Shown here: positions 6,251 to 10,318 of the stretch, one piece after another
How the letters are laid out: each line of letters starts with the position of its first letter
Numbering within the stretch: the first letter of the stretch is position 1
Origin: Candidatus Methylomirabilia bacterium
GTDB lineage: Bacteria; Methylomirabilota; Methylomirabilia; Rokubacteriales; CSP1-6
Assembly (NCBI GenBank): GCA_041492755.1
Contig: JBGPXN010000165.1
Location: 1-10,318, forward strand
Length of the DNA: 10,318 nucleotides
Reading direction: 5' to 3'
The notes under the pieces: model-generated
The model's database searches: none
What the model saw: the letters and a program-made list of their open reading frames with translations, nothing else
What the model was told of the DNA's origin: nothing
Made by a program: the position numbers and the translations under genes

Positions 6251-8311
6251 ATGCGGTCGCGCTGGAACGACACCGAGGCCGCCGGGCTCTCCGATCTCGA
6301 TCTTCTCGTCTACGCCTCCCGCCTGATCGGCGCCGAGACCTCGCTGGTCGTCTGGGGGGGCGGCAACACCTCCATCAAGCGCTCCGAGCCCGATCATCGC
6401 GGCCGCCAGACGCCCGTCCTGCGCGTGAAGGGCAGCGGCTCCGACCTCAAGTCGATCCAGCGGAAAGACTTCCCCGGTGTCTGGATGGACGACGTCCGCG
6501 CCCTGCTGGATCGCCACGACATGGGCGACCAGGACATGGTCGACTATCTCGCGCGAATTCTTCAAGAGCCGGGCGGCCCGCGGCCGTCCATCGAAACGCT
6601 CCTGCACGGTTTCCTGCCCGCGTACGCCGTGATCCACACGCACGCCGATGCGCCGGTGTCGCTCACCAACAACGACCGGGCGGGCGACGTGCTGCAGCAA
6701 GTCTGGGGCGCCGACGTCATCGCGGTCCCGTACCGCCGGCCGGGATTCCGGATCTCGCGTGACGTCGCCGACGCCATCGCGGCGCGGCCGCGCGCCAAGG
6801 CGCTGTTGCTCGAGCGCCACGGCACGATCTGCTGGGGCGCCACCGTCCGCGAGGCGTACGACGCGACGATCGAGCTCATCACGGGGGCGGAGGACGCCAT
6901 CGCGGAGCGCAAGAAGGGACGGAAGCTTTTCGGCGGCCCGCGCGTACCGGTCCTGGAGCCGGCCCGCCGTCGCGAGGTCGCCTTGGCCGTGGCGCCGCGC
7001 CTGCGCGGACTCCTCAGTGGCCGGCGCCGCGTGGTGCTGAGCTTCGACGATGCGCCGGCGGTCACCGAGTTCGCGTCGTCCCACGACGCCGCCGCGGTCT
7101 CGCAGGTCGGTCCCGCCACGCCGGACCATACGATCTACACCAAGCGGCTGCCGTGCTTGGTGCCGCTCGACGACGCCAGCGACCCCACCCGCGCGCTCGA
7201 GGCCATCGAGGGGGGCGTGGCGGAGTTCAGCCGTGGCTATACGCGCTACTTCGAGGCGCATCGGTTCGAGGGCGCCGAGCTGCTCGATCCGCTGCCGCGC
7301 GTCGTGCTGGTGCCCGGGCTCGGCATGTTCACCGCCGGACGTGACCGTCGCACCACCGGCATCGTGAACGACATGTATCGCCACACCATCGACGTCATCG
7401 GCAACGCCACCGCATTCGGCGCGTATGTCTCGCTCAGCCCGAAGGACGCGTTCGACGTCGAGTACTGGCCGCTCGAGCTCTACAAGCTCACGCTGGCGCC
7501 GCCGGAGAAGGAGCTTGCGCGCCGCGTCGCGCTCGTCACCGGCGGCGGCTCCGGCATCGGTCGCGCGGTGGCCAGGCGGCTTGCCGCCGAAGGCGCGCAC
7601 GTCGTCGTCGGCGATCTCGACCGGGCCGGGGCCGAGCAGACCGCCCGGGACGTCGTCGCCGGCGTGGGCGCCGGGCGCGCGCTCGGCCTGGCCATGGACG
7701 TGACCAGCGAGGCCTCGGTGCGCGCCGCGTTCGAGGAGACGATTTTGGCGTACGGTGGTCTGGACATCCTCGTCTCGAACGCGGGGATCGCCCACTCGTC
7801 GCCCGTGGCGGACATGGCTCTGGCCGACTGGGAGCGCTCGTTCGCCGTGAACTCGACCGGCCACTTCCTCGTCGCGCGCGAGGCCATGCGGCTCATGATC
7901 GGGCAGGGGATCGGGGGGGCGCTGGTCTTCGTCGCCACCAAGAACGTCATGGCCCCCGGCAAGGACTTCGCTGCGTACTCCGCGGCCAAGGCGGCGGAGG
8001 CCCAGCTCGCGAAGGTGCTCGCGCTCGAGGGCGCGCCCCACGGCATCCGGTCGAACATCGTGAGCCCCGACGCCGTGTTCCAGGATTCGCGCCTGTGGTC
8101 GGAGGAGGTGCGCCGCCAGCGCGCGGCGGCCCAGAACGTCCGCGTGGAGGACCTCGAGGACTTCTATCGCAAGCGCAATCTGCTCGGGGTCCGGATCCTG
8201 CCCGAAGACGTCGCCGAGTCGGTGCTGTTCCTCGCCTCCGACCGCTCGGCCAAGACGACCGGCTGCACCATCACGGTCGACGGCGGCGTCCGGGAAGCGT
8301 TCCCGCGATGA
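6251..8311 (+). CDS. rhaD: Bifunctional class II aldolase / short-chain dehydrogenase (rhamnulose-1-phosphate aldolase-SDR, RhaD/RhaEW/YuxG family)
   Basis: 686 aa. Aldolase half: GGGNTSIK, VKGSGSDL, PSIETLLH, HTH, ERHG, GPATPDH, EYWPLE. SDR half: VTGGGSGIG, SNAGI, YSAAK, TVDGG. The symbol reflects family membership; the substrate is not established here. Confidence 0.93.
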   Translation: MRSRWNDTEAAGLSDLDLLVYASRLIGAETSLVVWGGGNTSIKRSEPDHRGRQTPVLRVKGSGSDLKSIQRKDFPGVWMDDVRALLDRHDMGDQDMVDYLARILQEPGGPRPSIETLLHGFLPAYAVIHTHADAPVSLTNNDRAGDVLQQVWGADVIAVPYRRPGFRISRDVADAIAARPRAKALLLERHGTICWGATVREAYDATIELITGAEDAIAERKKGRKLFGGPRVPVLEPARRREVALAVAPRLRGLLSGRRRVVLSFDDAPAVTEFASSHDAAAVSQVGPATPDHTIYTKRLPCLVPLDDASDPTRALEAIEGGVAEFSRGYTRYFEAHRFEGAELLDPLPRVVLVPGLGMFTAGRDRRTTGIVNDMYRHTIDVIGNATAFGAYVSLSPKDAFDVEYWPLELYKLTLAPPEKELARRVALVTGGGSGIGRAVARRLAAEGAHVVVGDLDRAGAEQTARDVVAGVGAGRALGLAMDVTSEASVRAAFEETILAYGGLDILVSNAGIAHSSPVADMALADWERSFAVNSTGHFLVAREAMRLMIGQGIGGALVFVATKNVMAPGKDFAAYSAAKAAEAQLAKVLALEGAPHGIRSNIVSPDAVFQDSRLWSEEVRRQRAAAQNVRVEDLEDFYRKRNLLGVRILPEDVAESVLFLASDRSAKTTGCTITVDGGVREAFPR

Positions 8312-9240
8312 GCCCGGCCCGCCCTTCCTTCGGCGCGTTCTTCTCCGGGCATCCCGCGAAAGAGCAGTTCGAGCTGGTGCGCCGGGTGGAGGCGTTGGGC
8401 TTCGACTCGGTATGGTGCGGCGATCACCTGTCGTTCAATCTGCCCCTCTACGAATCGCTGACCCTGCTCGCCTCCTACGCGAGCATCACCGAGCGCATCC
8501 GCCTCGGCACCGCCGTCTACCTGCTCGCGCTGCGCCCGCCGGCGGTGGCCGCCAAGGCCACGTCCACGCTGGACGTGCTCTCCGGGGGCCGGCTGATCTT
8601 CGGCGTCGGCGTGGGGGGAGAGAATCCCAAGGAGTTCGAGCTGGCGGGCGTGCCGCATCGCGAGCGGGGCGCGCGCGTGAGCGAGGCCATCGACGTCGTG
8701 CGCACGCTCTGGCGCGACACGCCGGCGTCCTTCAAGGGGCGCTTCACGCAGTTCGAGAACGTCTCCATCGATCCCAAGCCGGTGCAGAAGCCCGGGCCGC
8801 CGATCTGGATCGGCGGCCGCTCCGACGCCGCGCTCGCCCGCGCGGGCAGGCAGGGCGACGGCTGGGTGTCCTACGTGGTCACGGCCGAGCGCTACGCGCA
8901 GAGCCTGGCGAAGATCCGTGTCGCCGCGGAGGCCGCGGGGCGATCGCTCGAGGGCTTCGCCACCGCGCACCTGACGTTCATCACCGTCGGCCGCGACTAC
9001 GAGCGCGCGCGCGACGCGTGGGTGGCCCGCCTCTCCAAGCGCTACGCGCAGGACTTCGGCCCGCTGGCGGCCAAGTACGGCGTGATCGGCCCGCCCGAGC
9101 AGTGCGCCGAGCAGATCGAGCGCTTCCGCGCCGCCGGCTGCACGTACTTCCTGCTCAACCCGATCTGCGATCCGGCCGAGGAGCGCGAGCAGCTCGAGCT
9201 GATGGCGGCCGACGTCCTGCCGCACTTTCGCGGGCGATGA
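8308..9240 (+). CDS. LLM-class flavin-dependent (possibly F420-dependent) oxidoreductase
   Basis: Likely start ATG 8308 in an ATGA overlap with the upstream stop (310 aa). Motifs GFDSVWCGDH, RIRLGTAV, TLDVLSGGRLIFGVGVG, PKPVQKPGPPIWIGG, GDGW. Confidence 0.92.
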   Translation: MSPARPSFGAFFSGHPAKEQFELVRRVEALGFDSVWCGDHLSFNLPLYESLTLLASYASITERIRLGTAVYLLALRPPAVAAKATSTLDVLSGGRLIFGVGVGGENPKEFELAGVPHRERGARVSEAIDVVRTLWRDTPASFKGRFTQFENVSIDPKPVQKPGPPIWIGGRSDAALARAGRQGDGWVSYVVTAERYAQSLAKIRVAAEAAGRSLEGFATAHLTFITVGRDYERARDAWVARLSKRYAQDFGPLAAKYGVIGPPEQCAEQIERFRAAGCTYFLLNPICDPAEEREQLELMAADVLPHFRGR

Positions 9241-9309
9241 TCGGGCTGGCGCGAATCGAGTGTCGTTGGTGTATCCGATTCGCGGCATTTCGCCCTTCCA
9301 CCAGGACGC

Positions 9310-9315
9310 TACAAT
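9310..9315 (+). promoter_or_regulatory. Putative -10 element TACAAT for leaderless expression of the aspartic protease
   Basis: TACAAT (5/6 match to TATAAT), then 7 nt, then ATG 9323: typical leaderless geometry. Confidence 0.55.
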
Positions 9316-9322
9316 GAACGCC

Positions 9323-9673
9323 ATGGGACAGTTCTACGTGTCGGCGCGTCTGACCGGACCATCCGGTCAAACCGAGTCGGTGCAGATGCTCGTCGACACC
9401 GGCTCGATATTCGTGGTGCTTCCACGGCCGCTCGCGGAGCGGCTGGGGGTCGCAGCGCGGCAGTCGGTACCGGTCATGACCGCCGGTGGTCGGGAGGAGT
9501 CCTGGCCAGTCGGCGACGTATGGCTGCGGATCGACGAGCGGGAAGTTCCCACCCCGTGTTTCATCGCACCGGCCGGCCCAATTCTGCTCGGCGCAGTCGC
9601 CCTCGAAAGCTTGCTGTTTCTTGTCGACCCCGTGGCGAGACGGCTGGTGCCGACCAAGGGTCTCGTCGTCTGA
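9323..9673 (+). CDS. Small clan AA (retropepsin-like) aspartic protease
   Basis: MGQFYVSARLTGP...VQMLVDTGSIFVVLPRPLAERLG...PILLGAVALESLLFLVDPVARRL: catalytic DTG (9395-9403) and ILLG motif. Start is 9323 (116 aa) or 9314. Confidence 0.88.
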   Translation: MGQFYVSARLTGPSGQTESVQMLVDTGSIFVVLPRPLAERLGVAARQSVPVMTAGGREESWPVGDVWLRIDEREVPTPCFIAPAGPILLGAVALESLLFLVDPVARRLVPTKGLVV

Positions 9674-10318
9674 TCGCCAAGCCCCAGGAGTGCCGCGCCC
9701 GCCTCGGCGCGGTCCGGACGCTCACCCGCGATATCCTCGAAGCCGACCTCCACATGCTGGAGCCCACCGCGCTGCCCTTTGCTGCCGGCCAGTGGGTCTC
9801 CGTCCCCTTCGGGCCCAAGACCGTCCGCGCGTACTCGATCGCCTCGACGCCGGGCTCGCCCAAGCGCATCACGCTGTGCGCCGACGTCGCGCCGGCCGGG
9901 ATCGGGTCGCAGTGGTTCCGTGGTCTGCGGCCGGGCGACGAGGTGCGCTTCAAAGGGCCGCTCGGAGGCTTCGTCTTCTCCCGCTCCGATCCGCGTACGC
10001 CGTTCTTCGTGGCCGAGGAGATCGGCATCGTGCCGATTCACAGCATCCTGCGCGACCTCTACGACACGGGCTTCGGCCGTCCGACCACGCTCGTGTACGG
10101 GGGCCGGAGTCCGCAGTGGCTGCCCTACGACGCCGAGTTCCGGCTGCTCGCCCGCCGCCAGCCCGGCTTCGCGTATCATCCCGTCGTCGAGACGGCGCCG
10201 GCCGACTGGGTCGGACTGAGCGGCGACGTCGTCCCGGTCGTCGAGCGCCTGGCCCCCGCCGTCACCGGTCTCGTTGCGTACGTCGCGGGCGGAGCCGGGG
10301 TCATCCAGGGCGTCAGAA
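9670..10318 (+). CDS. FNR-family FAD/NAD(P)-binding oxidoreductase (ferredoxin reductase-like), 3' truncated by window edge
   Basis: Not in the ORF track. Manual translation from CTG 9670: (L/M)IAKPQECRARLGAVRTLTRDILEADLHMLEPTALPFAAGQWVSVPFGPKTVRAYSIAS...GIGSQWFRGLRPGDEVRFKGPLGGF...FFVAEEIGIVPIHSIL...LVYGGRS...AYVAGG. Has the GQ, RxYS, GxxS and GPxGxF FAD-domain motifs. Start codon uncertain; first in-frame ATG is 9754. Confidence 0.85.
   Translation, partial: MIAKPQECRARLGAVRTLTRDILEADLHMLEPTALPFAAGQWVSVPFGPKTVRAYSIASTPGSPKRITLCADVAPAGIGSQWFRGLRPGDEVRFKGPLGGFVFSRSDPRTPFFVAEEIGIVPIHSILRDLYDTGFGRPTTLVYGGRSPQWLPYDAEFRLLARRQPGFAYHPVVETAPADWVGLSGDVVPVVERLAPAVTGLVAYVAGGAGVIQGVR

Noticed and set aside
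5619..6273. Short ORFs in the divergent gap (5619-5924, 5679-6017, 5825-6034, 5854-6273)
   Set aside because: Arg/Pro/Gly-rich, mutually overlapping, with no recognisable motif or SD; expected by chance at this GC content.
8095..8307. Upstream extension of the LLM ORF as called in the track (start 8095)
   Set aside because: Overlaps the SDR C-terminus by more than 200 nt with low-complexity sequence; the ATGA overlap at 8308 gives a typical LLM length.
9260..9313. GTG 9260 start for the protease
   Set aside because: Adds a non-family-like N-terminus; ATG 9314 or 9323 fits the coupling and promoter geometry better.
818..10219. Long antisense and alternative-frame ORFs (e.g. 818-1840, 1647-3182, 3152-5008, 6077-8041, 8164-9324, 9367-10179, 9779-10219)
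   Set aside because: Shadow ORFs of well-supported genes caused by high GC3 codon bias; no domain motifs.
1..10318. CRISPR array, tRNA/rRNA, transposase or integrase
   Set aside because: No regularly spaced repeats, cloverleaf signatures or recombinase motifs were seen.

Overview
High-GC (about 70%) bacterial chromosomal window with two divergent gene clusters separated by a 625-bp non-coding gap (5626-6250). Minus strand: a secreted FGE-sulfatase-fold (SUMF1/EgtB/PvdO-like) protein coupled to an acyl-CoA ligase, then a CUT1 carbohydrate ABC importer (Tat-exported binding protein and two permeases, the last cut by the window edge) with its own near-consensus sigma70 promoter. Plus strand: a RhaD/RhaEW-type class II aldolase-SDR fusion, an LLM-class flavin/F420 oxidoreductase, a small clan AA aspartic protease and an FNR-family FAD reductase that is absent from the ORF track and cut by the window edge. 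Two signals stand out. (1) The intergenic gap can fold into an approximately 425-nt nested multi-stem structure around a 36-bp stem, with G-U pairs favouring the + strand; it is a candidate structured ncRNA or REP/MITE-like element. (2) The protease gene looks like a 433-bp cassette inserted at the LLM/reductase ATGA junction between TGATCG direct repeats, leaving the reductase with a CTG start. All calls come from manual reading; no searches or folding programs were run.
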